NCBI GenBank assembly: GCA_964016885.1
Contig: OZ024740.1
Location: 24,862,001-24,926,000 of the forward strand
Direction of reading: 5' to 3'
DNA from: Eledone cirrhosa
Lineage: Eukaryota
Length of the DNA: 64,000 bases
The notes beneath the pieces are model-generated. The model saw only the letters and a list, made by a program, of their open reading frames with translations, was not told where the DNA came from and ran no database searches. Both the position numbers and the translations under genes were made by a program. How positions within the stretch are numbered: the stretch's first letter is position 1; the number at the start of each line of letters is the position of its first letter. Shown in pieces: positions 25,833 through 39,150 of the stretch.

Positions 25833-26986
25833 TAAAATAACTGTTTCTACATTAGGAACAAGGCCAGCAATTACCCAGTGCATTACTGGTACTGTATTTT
25901 ATCGACCCCGTAAGGATGAAAGGCAAAGTCAACCTCGGCAACATTGTCGAGTATGGCCATTGCATGATATAACATTATTAATTATTATCAATAAATGTTA
26001 TGGTGCAATGCCTGTGCGTGAAGATATTTTAATGTGAGGAAAAACTGTGCACTGAGCTAATCCTATTCTCTGAGCGACAGTAGCTATAACCCTAAAAGAA
26101 GAAAAGATCAACATCATCGGTAACTACTGAGTCTCAGGTTTTATGTCGGAGTTATACCACTTTCCTGACTTACCTTCTCCTAGAAGAATGCCCTGACAAA
26201 GGCTAGGGGTCCTTCACTTCCTGTGGTTTAATCGCGCGATCGTGTATCCAACCCGATTATTTCTATGCCCCCGTGCATATACATACACATGAATACATGT
26301 ATATACATATATACATATATATATATGTTTATATATATATATTTGTGACTAATCCCAGTTTTTTAAAAAAAACCTGCGATAATATTTCTTTATGCTGAAC
26401 TCCATATTTTTTGTTGTGTTTTTTCGGAATGTTTTGACTGTTGTTCCTTGAAAACAGATTTTCATTTCATCCCGGCATCACTAGCCTGGGTCCACGTGTG
26501 TTTTGTTATTTCAATTCAACACGCTGTTCACTTGCCTGCTTTTAAATTCCCCTCTGGCATCTTAGCAGTGGTTTTAGTTAACGTCTTGAGCACTACTGAT
26601 GAACGACTCCAACCTTGACTAACCCCACTGAAAAGTATCGTGAAATAGTCTTTTTAGATTGTAAAGTGCATTTGCAGATTTCCCCAAATTGACGGTTAAG
26701 TATTTCTTCTTGATTTTATTTTGAGTTAAGATTGTGTTGGTTTTTTTCCCCAGGTTACACAAAGTCTGAGAATAAAATTTTTCTTCTTGACTTGTTTTGA
26801 ATTAAGATTGAATTATTTATACCATATCTTACGTTAAAAATTATTCATCTTGATGTTATAGTCACTTATATGTCTGAATTATTGTCGGCTTTTTACTTAC
26901 ATTAATTTCTCTATTTTCCTTTATATATATATATATATATGGAGAAGAAGTTTATGAAACGGAAATGCAGGTATAAAGAATTTATT

Positions 26987-27103
26987 AGGTAACAATTGTT
27001 TCTATACTGTATGGGTTACCTATACCTCGCTATTTGAATAACATAAAAATATTATCATAAACCGAAGGTACGCTGCAAGCAAACACAACATGTCGTCAGA
27101 CCT
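26987..27103 (-). ncRNA. Hammerhead with ~90-nt stem II, PLE4 3' pLTR
   Basis: Reverse complement reads AGGT-CTGACGA-C-ATGTTGTGT...ATACAGTAT-A-GAAA-CAATTG-TT-ACCT. Confidence 0.68.
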
Positions 27104-28944
27104 TTGTATTGGAATGATATGAAAATATTTTATACACTAGATAAAAGAGAAAGAAGGAGGTAGGAAGAGAAGGGGAAGAGGGAAGTGAGTAAGGTGGAGG
27201 GAGTCCTAGGATTTAAGACTGTCAGACTAGTAGAGATTGTAAGGAGAGAATGTTTTGGCAGCAGTTAGCTTAATGAGGTGTGTTAGGGTTGGCGGGGGAA
27301 GTAAATTCTTCTAGTGGTGTTGTTTGGACAAAATTTAGTTAAAGGGGTCAAAGTGGTACAGAGTTACAGAAAAGTTATTGGGGCTATTATAGTAGCAGGT
27401 TATTTCTAAAGGGGTTCAGAAAACAGTGTTTAGTACTATTATTATAGAAAGTCATATCTTGTGTATAAACATATAAAACAGAAATTTGCAAACGGTGGTG
27501 TAAAAAGGTAACATTACATGCATTTAAAAAAAGAAAAAGTCGTTTTCAAACGATGGTTACAGTACAGTGAACGTTCAATTTTGCTGTTCAAAAGTTTGTT
27601 TACCGACGTTAAAATGTAGTATATCTCCATATTGCATAATTTACAGAATCGATGATTTTGCCCATATGCAGGCGCGCACAATAATTTACCAATCAAGGAA
27701 GAATGCTTGATTGTTCCTCCGGAGCTGCCAGACTTTATCGGCGAGGGTTGTTACGGAGCGCATTTTCTCGTGCCTGATCGAAGATCGATGTTGGTATAGG
27801 CGAGCTTTGAAAGAAGTTGCGGTACATCCGACGTAATACCATTTGTTGGTTCCGGAATTTATTGTACATCGGTAGACAATATTGCGTGCTAGGCACTGGT
27901 TATTCAGTGGGAACGTACCTGGTTTGGTGCAGTTACAATTATTTTTATGTTTTGCAGTAGTATCCTGGATAGTTTGGTGGGGTTGTAGTTGCGTGTTAGT
28001 GCGTTGTATGTTGCTATGCTGGTGCGCTGAGTCATTAGGGATGTACTTATTTAGTATTGCTGAGTTGAGTTTTTTAATTAGTTGTTCTATGTTAGGTGCA
28101 GTGGAATATGAGAGTCTAATGGTGCGCGAGTTAAAGATTTTATAGTATTTATGTGAAGTTGTAAAGTGTTTATTGATTAGTGTATAGAATTGTGAGATAA
28201 TCTTAGTGCTAATAGAAATATTGTACACGAGGTTATACCATATGTACTCTCTACGTCTGACTCTATTTGCTGGTTTGCACCTATTAGTATGCCTATTGAT
28301 GTGTGTGTGTGGTGCAATACTAGTTCGACTTAGATGTGTTTTATTCATAGTACTTATGTGGTTATCGTCTAGATATTCTATTTTCTCAAGTAACCAGCTG
28401 TTCTAAGTGCGTCATTTTAATATTCAGCATGCTCGTTGAAGGTCTGCAAATTCGACGACAGTCGGGAGATCCTTATAGATATATTTTTAGGGATAGATTT
28501 AATAATGGAATGGGGATGGTTCGATTTTACATTAACGTACTTGAGATTCATTAAGTTTGTGAAATGGCTCTATATTACCGTTATTAAGGTTGAAGGTGAC
28601 ATCCAAGAAGTTGACCACCTTAAGATTTCTGGACCCCTTTAGAAATAACCTGCTACTATAATAGCCCCAATAACTTTTCTGTAACTCTGTACCACTTTGA
28701 CCCCTTTAACTAAATTTTGTCCAAACAACACCACTAGAAGAATTTACTTCCCCCGCCAACCCTAACACACCTCATTAAGCTAACTGCTGCCAAAACATTC
28801 TCTCCTTACAATCTCTACTAGTCTGACAGTCTTAAATCCTAGGACTCCCTCCCCCTTACTCACTTCCCTCTTCCCCTTCTCTTCCTACCTCCTTCTTTCT
28901 CTTTTATCTAGTGTATAAAATATTTTCATTTCATTCCAATACAA

Positions 28945-29061
28945 GGGTCTGACGACATGGTATGTTTGCTTGCAGCGTACCTTCGGTTTATGATAATATT
29001 TTTATATTATTCAAATAGCGAGGTATAGGTAACCCATACACTATAGAAACAATTGTTACCT
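28945..29061 (+). ncRNA. Hammerhead with ~90-nt stem II, PLE4 inverted pLTR
   Basis: GGT-CTGACGA...GAAA-CAATTG-TT-ACC. Confidence 0.65.
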
Positions 29062-29217
29062 AATAAATTCTTTATACCCGCATTTCCGTTTCATAAACTT
29101 CTCCATATTTTCTCCGGATTTTAAAACACACTTTATTATACGTTGAGCAATCTCCGACGTCGGTTGACTCCATCCAATGCAACTACTTAGTAACATTGGA
29201 ATACAAATTTACTAATT

Positions 29218-29266
<49 letters not shown>

Positions 29267-29640
29267 CACTTGCATACATGTATATATAAATATTTACACA
29301 TTTTTGGATGGCCGTTGACTCTTATGAGTTCTTCCGCCCTTTTTCAAGTTTTGTTTTTTGTCCTGCAGGGTGTGTAAAATCACCCTCCTCGCGAAGTAAA
29401 CGTCGTGGGGTTGCCGGTTTAGTCGCTGACGACCCGCCCATGCGACAGGTGTACTGGGTAACATGTTACCAGTAGCACTCAAGAGTGAGCCGATATGCAT
29501 ACCATACGTACATACATACATACATACATACATACATACATACATACATACATACATACATACATACATACATACATACATGCATACATAAATACATACA
29601 TATATACATACTGGGGTACACATACTGGGATATACATACA

Positions 29641-29810
29641 CTGTCGTCCTTGGCCCTAGTACCACCTTATTCACCACCATTGGCTCGGAGTTGTGTGCCC
29701 GCAAATGTAAGTCATGCGAGCTGGAATTGTACTTCCAACGCGTCTCCACCACCATTCACCGGAGAAACTTCTTCACTATTCTCTCCGCTGGGGTCGTTGG
29801 GCGGCTAGCA
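29641..29810 (+). mobile_element. CRE-type non-LTR retrotransposon 3' remnant
   Basis: Homologous to 47520-47860 (restriction-like endonuclease C-terminus); preceded by (CATA)n. Confidence 0.7.
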
Positions 29811-30390
29811 ACTGAGCCCCTATTTGCTTATAATGGTGAGAGATGATGAGTGCGAGAGAGACAGAGGCAGTGAGAGAAAGAGAGAGAACATAAACACACA
29901 CACGTACTTGATAAGTTAAGAAGAAACTAACCTCCTACTTGTATCACTAAAATGACACTGTGTATATATATTATTTTACTTACGGTGTAGAAGGAATATA
30001 AATGCTTCAGCTTAAGTGTGAGGGTATGCCTGCGAACCTGTACTTTGGCATGGCCATCTAAGCTGGTGCAAATAGTAGCGCAGATGTCCGGAAAACAAGA
30101 CATCTGCGCTACTATTTGCACCAGCTTAGATGGCCATGCCAAAGTACAGGTTCGCAGGCATACCCTCACACTTAAGCTGAAGCATTTATATTCCTTCTAC
30201 ACCGTAAGTAACATAATATATATACACAGTGTCATTTTAGTGATACAAGTAGGAGGTTAGTTTCTTCTTAACTTATCAAGTACGTGTGTGTGTTTATGTT
30301 CTCTCTCTTTCACTCACTGCCTCTGTCTCTCTCGCACTCATCATCTCTCACTATTATAAGCAAATAGGGGCTCAGTTGCTAGCCGCCCAA
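29797..30390. repeat. Near-perfect 594-bp palindrome (292-bp arms, 10-nt loop 30089-30098)
   Basis: Mirror ORFs 29927-30169(-) and 30018-30260(+). The arms differ at only a few positions. Confidence 0.95.
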
Positions 30391-30401
30391 TATATATATA
30401 A

Positions 30402-30700
30402 GAAAAGGTTCAGCACCCCGAGGGCAGAGCCTCAAGCCCTTTCGACGGCTATTTCTGGACTAAATTCAATTTTTAGCGTGGTAATGAAATAGCCGAGCTT
30501 TTCAAGGGGTAATTTCATGAAAAACTCAGCTATTTCATTACCACGCTAAAAATAAAATTTAGTCGAGAAATAGCCGTCGAAACGGATTGAGCTCTGCCGT
30601 CGGGGTCCTGAAGCTTTTCCTATTACCCACTCTAATACCCAAAGTATCGTGTACTCTGGTGCGTTATGGTCCACCTAGTTCCTTACCATACTTCGTTCAT
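30402..30700. mobile_element. pLTR-like element with terminal inversion (30402-30503 vs 30519-30619) and a long-stem-II HHR-like motif
   Basis: Reverse complement of the left arm reads CCCC-TTGAAAA-G-CTCGGCTATTTC...GAAATAGCCGTC-GAAA-GGGC-TT-GAGG. The tail is shared with 22608-22740 and 53820-53885. Confidence 0.6.
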
Positions 30701-30730
30701 TATATATATATATATTATATATATATATAT

Positions 30731-31090
30731 GTTAGAAAGTGAGTTTTTTTTTACAAAATGAAAAATAACCGAGGTGTCCTACACGAGTGAAAGTATAAAG
30801 AAAAAAAGATGAAATCGAAAATGCAACTGGAGTCTTATTTAAAATATATATATATATATTTATTTGGTTCCTTTACCGGTTTCGCAGTTCTTCTGCTTTT
30901 CAAAAGTAGAGTTGAGATGGAGGGTCTGTGGTTTTTCTCTTCTCACATCTGAGAAAAACCACAGAACCTCCATCTCAACTCTACTTTTGAAAAGCAGAAG
31001 TGCGAACCCAGTAAAGGAACCAAATAGATATATATATTTAAAAAAAAATAAGACTCCAGTTGCATTTTCGATTTCATCTTTTTTTATTTA
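30731..31090. mobile_element. pLTR fragment with terminal inversion (~30797-30940 vs ~30950-31090)
   Basis: Same family as 12211-12890; fold-back visible; TA-flanked. Confidence 0.78.
30871..30906 (-). ncRNA. Minimal hammerhead, intact U3-A8 variant
   Basis: Reverse complement reads CTT-TTGAAAA-GCAG-aagaa-CTGC-GAAA-CCGG-TA-AAG. Confidence 0.72.
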
Positions 31091-31193
<103 letters not shown>

Positions 31194-31565
31194 CATATAG
31201 TATTTACATACCTACACATTATTTACAAGTACTTACCACCTCTTCTATAAAAATATAATATTATTATTGATTAGAAGAAGTTGAAGAAAGACCAAAACTC
31301 TATAAACAGCAACAGAAACTAAAGAAAGTAAAGAAGATTTCGCACGAGGTAACTATTCGTGAACAGGGTTATATAGAAAGAAAACATGATACCACGAAAC
31401 CTACAGCAATATTTTATGATTTATACTCTAAAATCGCCCGGTTATTAGACATATATAAATAGCTTCATTGTTTCGTGTTGATAAGAATACCTCACCAACC
31501 AACTTTCTATCATCTTTAATACATCTCCATCTTTATTTATTTCGTATTTTCTTCATTTTTTTAAT

Positions 31566-31609
<44 letters not shown>

Positions 31610-32073
31610 TCCTTCTCTCTTTCTTTCTTTTTACCTCTTTTCTGTGAGAACTTCTCATTTGAAACGTCTGTGTTTTGATCTGTTTACTCTTGAGACCAAC
31701 ACTGTCTCTAAAGCAAATAATATCATCCGAGCTAAAAATATATACGTATGCATTCCGTGTACACGCACGGACACTGACAAATCTTACATATACAGTGCAC
31801 GTACACGGACATACACACTCTCACATACCTACATACTAACGTATAAACTAACGCAGGTACATAGACAGACACATGTGAATGTATATGAATAATACATACA
31901 TACCCATATATATAGGGAGAGAGAGAGGGAAAGGGAGAGAGAGAGGGAGAGAGAGGGAGAGAGAGAGAGAGAGAGGGAGAGAGAGAGAGAGAAATATGTG
32001 GATGGATAGAGAGAATATATTGATAGATACAGATATAGATACACTGACATATGTATGCGTATATATATATATA

Positions 32074-32104
<31 letters not shown>

Positions 32105-32109
32105 TTATT

Positions 32110-32143
<34 letters not shown>

Positions 32144-32309
32144 TATATATTTATATATATATGTATATATATATATATATATATATACATATATATATTT
32201 ATATATATATATTTATTTATATATATATGTATGTATATGAGTGTGAATATACATGTATGTTATATATATGTATATATATATATATGTGTGTGTGTGTGTG
32301 GATAAGTGT

Positions 32310-32359
<50 letters not shown>

Positions 32360-33239
32360 TGTGTGTCTGTTCAGCATATATGCCTACATATTTCTAAAAT
32401 ATACACTCGCACACAATCACACAAACACACATATATATTACACACACACAACCAAACACACATATATATATTACACACACAACACCACACAACCAATCAC
32501 GCGCGCGATGATGAAATCCCACTTGCTAGATTATTCCCCGTAGTGTCATGAACTGAAATTGCTTTGAAAAATCAGATAAAGAGAAAACTAGCACTTCAGC
32601 AAAGGAACAACGGAGGTGAAAATTAATTTTAGAAAATCAAGATCACGAAACCTTAAGCGAATTTCTATAGGTTAGGTCGAAATATATTTTTACATATCTT
32701 TATTTTATTTAGGTACATATTTATAGAATTTCCGCAACACCATAGATAACAATACAAACGTCAAAAAGATTTTCCCTTAGTCAATGTGGAACGTGGTATC
32801 AATGTATAAATATGTCGTGAATTGGTAGTTTTGTGGTGTAGTTTTGATGTGTTACTACTGGAACAAAAGAAAGCATCACCTAACAATAACATGAACAATA
32901 GTGATTATTTCTAAGATAGGTATGAAGTCTAGAGTTGTTGATTTAATCAACAATCAGTACTTGAATTGTATATAAAGTATCAACTCTGAATAGAATGGGA
33001 GGTGTTGGTGTTATTTTAACACTGCTTCTTAAACATACATTTTTTATTCTCTACACATTCTCCCATTTCTTATTTCACTATATATAGTATTAATTCATAA
33101 CATAGTGAATATTCTCTATATAATATCAGGTAAGGATGGTAACTTTTAAAATCAAACTATGATATAAATGATAGATATAAAGGTATTTTAAGTGATCATT
33201 TCTCGCAATGCTGGTGTGTCACTGTATCCCACTATCACT

Positions 33240-33465
33240 CTCCCAATCTCTCACTATTATAAGCAAATGGGAGACGGTCACCCCGCGGCCCCGGCGAACA
33301 GAATAGAGAAGGTGTTTCCCGGAGGACGGTGAGGGGAGAGGCATTGGCAGATCCAGTCCAGCTGGCGAAGCTCACACTTGCGGGTAGCCAACTTCGTGCC
33401 GATTGGGGTAACTAGGGAGGTGTTCCAAGGACAAAAGACACCCGAAGTCTCCACTGCTATATAGT
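33240..33465 (-). mobile_element. CRE-type non-LTR 3' remnant with 3' UTR
   Basis: IAVETSGV..LDWICQCLS..GNTFSIL. The 3' UTR ATTTGCTTATAATAGTGAGAG is shared with 29823. Confidence 0.72.
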
Positions 33466-34179
33466 ATAGTAGATATAGCTTGGCAACATGGTTCAGAGGT
33501 TTACATAATGAGATACTACGTTCACTCACAACAGTATAGCAACTTGTATTTGGTTTACTTCTAGCCATGTGAATGAAACTGGTTCCATGGAAGTTGTTTG
33601 GAAAGTCCTCAGATAGACTATACATGTAGATCAAACGGCTAGCAGTGTTACACTGAATCTCTCTGAAAATAATATAATGGCATATATGTCTGTGAAATAA
33701 TCAATCATTTACAAGTTAGCTTAACGCATAAGCCGTTCCCTCGATCGAATAATCGGAAAAATTGACGGAGACACCTCTACAAAGACATACCTGGTAGTTA
33801 TCTTTTACAAAGACACTTGGTAGTTATATTTTCCAATTTTGATGGATGAAAATAAAAAGTAGATTTCAACAAAGTTTCAACACAGAAACTAAAACGCTTT
33901 AATTAATTATCGGAACAGTAATTTCCCTCACTTTACCGGTTCTGCAGTTTGGTCATGTGTTCAGATTTCACTAGTCAGCCGTTCATCATATCAGTGGCTT
34001 ATAACACTTATCCAACGCTTATGAGGTAATGCAAACTGCGAGAAAGATCAGGCGAATCTTTCCTTTTCTTTTTCATTACACACAAATATTACACTGTAAT
34101 AGGATCCTTACTGTAGTGAGTCTGAGTTAAAGGCAGAAAGGTCACGACTGGATTGTATTTGATCGTATGTACGGAGAAG

Positions 34180-36105
34180 AAGAGCTGGGTGGAAAAACAT
34201 AGAGAAGTGATTCCCACCAGATTCACAGTGCCATTTATATTAGTCGCAGTCACACTTATTCTGGAAAACAACACATTCTTCTTCAATGGAAAAAATTACA
34301 TTCAAATTAGAGGCACAGCGATGGGAACGAAGTTTGCTCCCGTTTACGCGAACTCTGTAATGGGATACTTAGAACAACAAATCTACCAAGAAATAGAGGA
34401 AAAATATAGCACTGAATTTAGAAAGTACATTGAAAAGTCATGGAAGAGATACCTTGACGACTGTTTCATCATCTGGACAGAATCTCTAGATACTCTGGAT
34501 GAGTTCAATATCCTCCTGAATAACCTACACACATCTGTCCAATTTACAAAAGAGATGAGTAGTACCAAATTACCATTCCTAGATATAATGGTAATCAAAA
34601 ACGACATCACCATTACCACGGATATATAATATAAACACACAGACACCCATCAACATCTGAATTTTAAGTCATGCCATCCACCTCATACAAAACGCAACAT
34701 CCCATACTGCCTAGCCAGAAGAATGTGTACCATTGTAGAAGATACGAATACCAGGAACAAACGACTAACAGAACTGAGAGAATTTTTGCTCAAACAAAAA
34801 TACCCATCTCTACTTATAGAAAATGGCATACAGCGGGCTATAAAAATACCTATGCAGCAACTTAGGACAACCCAAGGAAGAAGAAATCAAGAACTGGTCA
34901 TACCATTTATAATGACACACAAACCCTGTCACCAGAATATCTTCAACACTGCCAAAGCAAACCTACCGATCATTGGTCAACGTAATGAATTAAAAGGCTT
35001 AATCACAGACCGATCTTTGACTCTTAGTAAAAGACAGCCGAAAAATTTGAAGCAATTACTAACGAAGGCAAAGTTTGACCTTAACAACAAAGACCAATTA
35101 TTCACTGTATCTAAATGCAATGATAGTCGATGTGGCACATGTCAATCCATACACACCGGTCAATATATGAACACAAAAACTCGAAAAATATTCCCAAATG
35201 CAAATATGAACTGCAAAAGCAGAAATCTAATTTACTGCATTAAATGCCCGAATTGTGAAGAGCTATATGTCGGTCAAACTGGAAATGCACTATCAGAACG
35301 TGCACGAGTGCATCGACAGCAAATCAGAGACCCCAAATGTCCGTCAGATACCAAATGTCCGTGAGATACCCAAATGTACTGAGTAACCATCTAGCAATAT
35401 GTGGTCAGAAAATATTTATAATATTTCCATTCTACAAACTACACAGCCCAAGTGAAATGAAGAGAAACATTAAAGAAAAGAATGTTCTTGATAAATTCCA
35501 ACCCAAGTTAAATGAACAATAATAATGCTTAGGGGTATTACTCCTACTATGACTACGCCTAAGACCATGTCGGCTACCACCAGTAACAACAACAACAATA
35601 ATAATAATAAAAGTGATGTTGCTGTTGATGATTACTGAAGATTTTTATAAAAAAACATAGAAAACGGTATTTTGATCATTTCTAAAAATAGCAAAACAAA
35701 AGATGCTTTGGATAGGGTCAAATAGAAGTCGTTAGACATGCTCAACCAACCGTGACGCCTAAACCAATCAGCTTTAGTAATCTAGTGAAACCACACACCG
35801 ATTGGTCGAGATAAAGTTTGCAAAACTTAACATTCTGTAGCCCCTTTTTACTGTATATAAGGCACAGATTTTAGCCATCTCACTACAGTTGAACATTGCA
35901 AACTTGACTGTCACCACTGAATATGAACCTGATGATTGCGAAAGCATGAAAGTACTTGTTCAATTAACATTTAACATTTAATATTCTACCATACTATTTC
36001 ATTATAACATCATTAAAATTTTAAAGATTGTAAATAAAACGAGTAAATCAGACAAAGTTGGAATTCCTTTTATTAATATAATCTTCTATACACAATGATA
36101 TACAC
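34180..36105 (+). mobile_element. Penelope-like retroelement 5, 5'-truncated, probably Neptune-type (Cys-rich linker)
   Basis: YIQIRGTAMGTKFAPVYAN, WKRYLDDCFIIW, LPFLDI, KCNDSRCGTC, and GIY-YIG NLIYCIKCPNCEELYVGQTGNALSER. A stop at 34629 and a ~20-bp duplication at ~35330-35375 disrupt the frame. Confidence 0.92.
35924..35962 (+). ncRNA. Minimal type I hammerhead ribozyme in PLE5 pLTR
   Basis: TGAAC-CTGATGA-T-TGC-gaaa-GCA-T-GAAA-GTAC-TT-GTTCA, with a perfect stem I and palindromic stem III. Confidence 0.85.
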
Positions 36106-36110
36106 GCGTG

Positions 36111-36152
<42 letters not shown>

Positions 36153-37465
36153 AACAAACGAGGAAGTTTGCATTTGAAAAATATTTATTGTGTATCAACC
36201 TGTTACACGCGTTTTGCAGAGGATTGTCTCAAGGTGACCCTACACTATATATATATATACGTGTGTATGTGTGTGCGTGCGTGTGTGTGTGTGTGCGATC
36301 TATAAATGAGTGTGTGTATGTATATGTATCTATCTGTGTGTTTGTACCCATGCCTGAGTTTATATTTTGTCTATCTCTGTGTTTATGTCCCAAAACGGAA
36401 ATATATGATATATACCAGGGGTATATATTTTTCTGATATATTCGACTAAATCGATGCGGAGCAGTACCATGGCCGCAGACAAATGACTGAAGCCTATTAA
36501 AAGAAAACACGTTGGATGGTGAATCTCTAGATATATATTGTCTCAATAAATGAGGAGATGGCCACTGCTGGAATGCTTTGCAACATAGATCGTCTGAGTG
36601 AGAACTAATAATCACAAAAGTCTATATAGTGTACTAAAGTTGAACGGATGTTATAAAAATATAATGAAAAGACGAAAATAATGTGAAACCTTCAAGGAAA
36701 ATGGCGTCTATAGAAGATTCTGGCAATGATGTTCAATAAGAAGTGATGAATTACAGAGCAGGCATTAATAATTTTACCTCTTACAGATCCAAAATACATT
36801 AATGTAGAGGGTGGGAAGATGAGATATAGCATGGTTGGGGAAACTAGGAAATGGAGGAGAGGGGAACAAATGTCCAACTATGATAGGAATTGGTAAAAGG
36901 AAAAACATATATATACATATAACATTTTCATAAATTCTACACAAAAATACAAAAAAATGTAGGAAAAATTATACAATAATAACAACAGCATTTTATATTT
37001 TGCGTGTGGTTTGTTGTTGCATCAATTGTGTTTGTGTTTATTAAATCTGCAACTTGCACAGCTGCTGCTGTAGAAGCACATATGGGAATGGAATGATCTG
37101 GATATCGAAGAATATTACGTATCGATTCCTATTAGTTTCTTTAGAATCAATATATTGTATATTCTTAGTGTTCCTACATTCCTAGTATAAGTCTTTTTTT
37201 TTTTTTACTTAAGTCATGCCAACACGTGTCAGCTATTGATTTATATTGGAAAATATATAAGCATGAATAGAAAGTAATATACTTATATATATATATATAT
37301 ATATATAAATACATGCACGCACATACATATTCATATACTTAGACATATACATATATTCACGCACACACACATTCACACACACATATATATATATATACAT
37401 ATATATACACATATATATATACATACAGACACACATAAATACCCACAAATACGCACATACACACG

Positions 37466-37507
<42 letters not shown>

Positions 37508-37675
37508 TATATATATACATATATGTGTGTGTGTGTGTGAAAGTAAACGTATGTGTGTACGTGCGTGTATCTGTGGATGCGTGTGTGAGCATTTATACAT
37601 TTCATAACACATTTATATGTGTGACAGACACAGAGATACTATTGCATACACCCCGGCCCCGCACACATACCCCCT

Positions 37676-37715
<40 letters not shown>

Positions 37716-38076
37716 ATATACCCCACACACATATACCCACAGATATATATTTATAGGTTCCTATTTATAATATATTTTTTCTTATTTCTCTCTGTATTTT
37801 AGTCGTTTTTTTTTTATTAATTTATTATTCCGTGTAATAAAAATCAAAGTTGTTCACATTTGATTGATGCATTAATAAGTTTTTTTTCGTTTCGTTTTTC
37901 GTTTTTTTGTTGTTTTCGTTTCACCTTTCATTTTATGTTCATTCTAATGCCAACGTTCAGTTATTTTCAATCTTGATTAGCTCTTAAAAGTCTTCTTAAA
38001 ATATAACCTCAGGTAAGACGGCAGACATCAGATAGCGCTTGGTTGTAAATAAATATTGTTGTATGTGTATATATGC

Positions 38077-38173
<97 letters not shown>

Positions 38174-38330
38174 ATATAATATATATATATATATATGTAC
38201 ATATATACATATTTATATGTATATACATATATAGATAGATATATATACATATATTTATATACATATTTATATGTATATATATGTATATATATATATATAT
38301 ATGTACATATATGTATATATATATATGCAT

Positions 38331-38411
<81 letters not shown>

Positions 38412-38924
38412 GTGAGAGAGAGAGAGATAGAGATAGATATATATATATAGATATAATCGATGAAGGTAGAAGCAAGAGACATGATACGGAACAGCTTATC
38501 GATAGTGTTGTACTATAAAAACAGAAAATTGCTAATACCTTTTTTTCTATTTGTTTATTAGCAATTTCGTACAATCATCTGATATTCGCTATCTTTCTCA
38601 AGACAGGATGGTTCCCATTATATTGATGTAGCTCTGGAATATTACAAAGATATATTGATATATAGTGATATGATATTTCCTCAGAACCAACCTCTACGCA
38701 TTGGTTCGATATGGAAGAAATAGCTTAAAATATTTCTCAAATAACACCTTAGGAACATAACCAAATGTATTTATATTCAAGATTTGTGTTCATTTTGCAT
38801 GGAAAAATATCAGGACTGTCATTGTTTGAATTTCTTTGATTATATGTATGTTTAATCCGGACAGAACTGTGACTGAATCAACATCTCCGTGACATCTACT
38901 ATTTGATAAACGAGTAAAGTCGGT

Positions 38925-39150
38925 GTCACGAGTACCTTTCTCGGCCCTAAGGCTACCTCCCTACTCACCACCATAGGCGCCGAGCTGGCCAGCCGCAGGT
39001 GTGAGCCTCAAGAGCTGGAATTGCTTTTCCAGCGCGTCTCCCTTGCCGTCCTCTGAGGAAACGCCTTCTCCATTCTTTCCGTCGGGGCTGGGGAGGGGGG
39101 GGGGGGCACCAATATGGTTGACTGACTTGTTATTTCATCAGTCAGATGTT
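38925..39150 (+). mobile_element. CRE-type non-LTR 3' remnant
   Basis: Close match to 47640-47860, including the G-run and 3' tail. Confidence 0.78.

Larger units (their letters stand above)
26941..29220 (-). mobile_element. Penelope-like retroelement 4, 5'-truncated, with inverted pLTR (~26945-27422 vs ~28626-29104)
   Basis: ORFs 27686-28348 and 27514-27696 (NIVYRCTI..YVGCTATSFKARLYQH..CKLCNME..CNH) are homologous to the PLE3 C-terminus. The ~480-bp inverted repeat is TA-flanked. Confidence 0.9.

Noticed and set aside
32505-32558. C/D box snoRNA (ATGATGA...CTGA)
   Set aside because: Only ~50 nt, with no terminal stem and no recognisable guide sequence.
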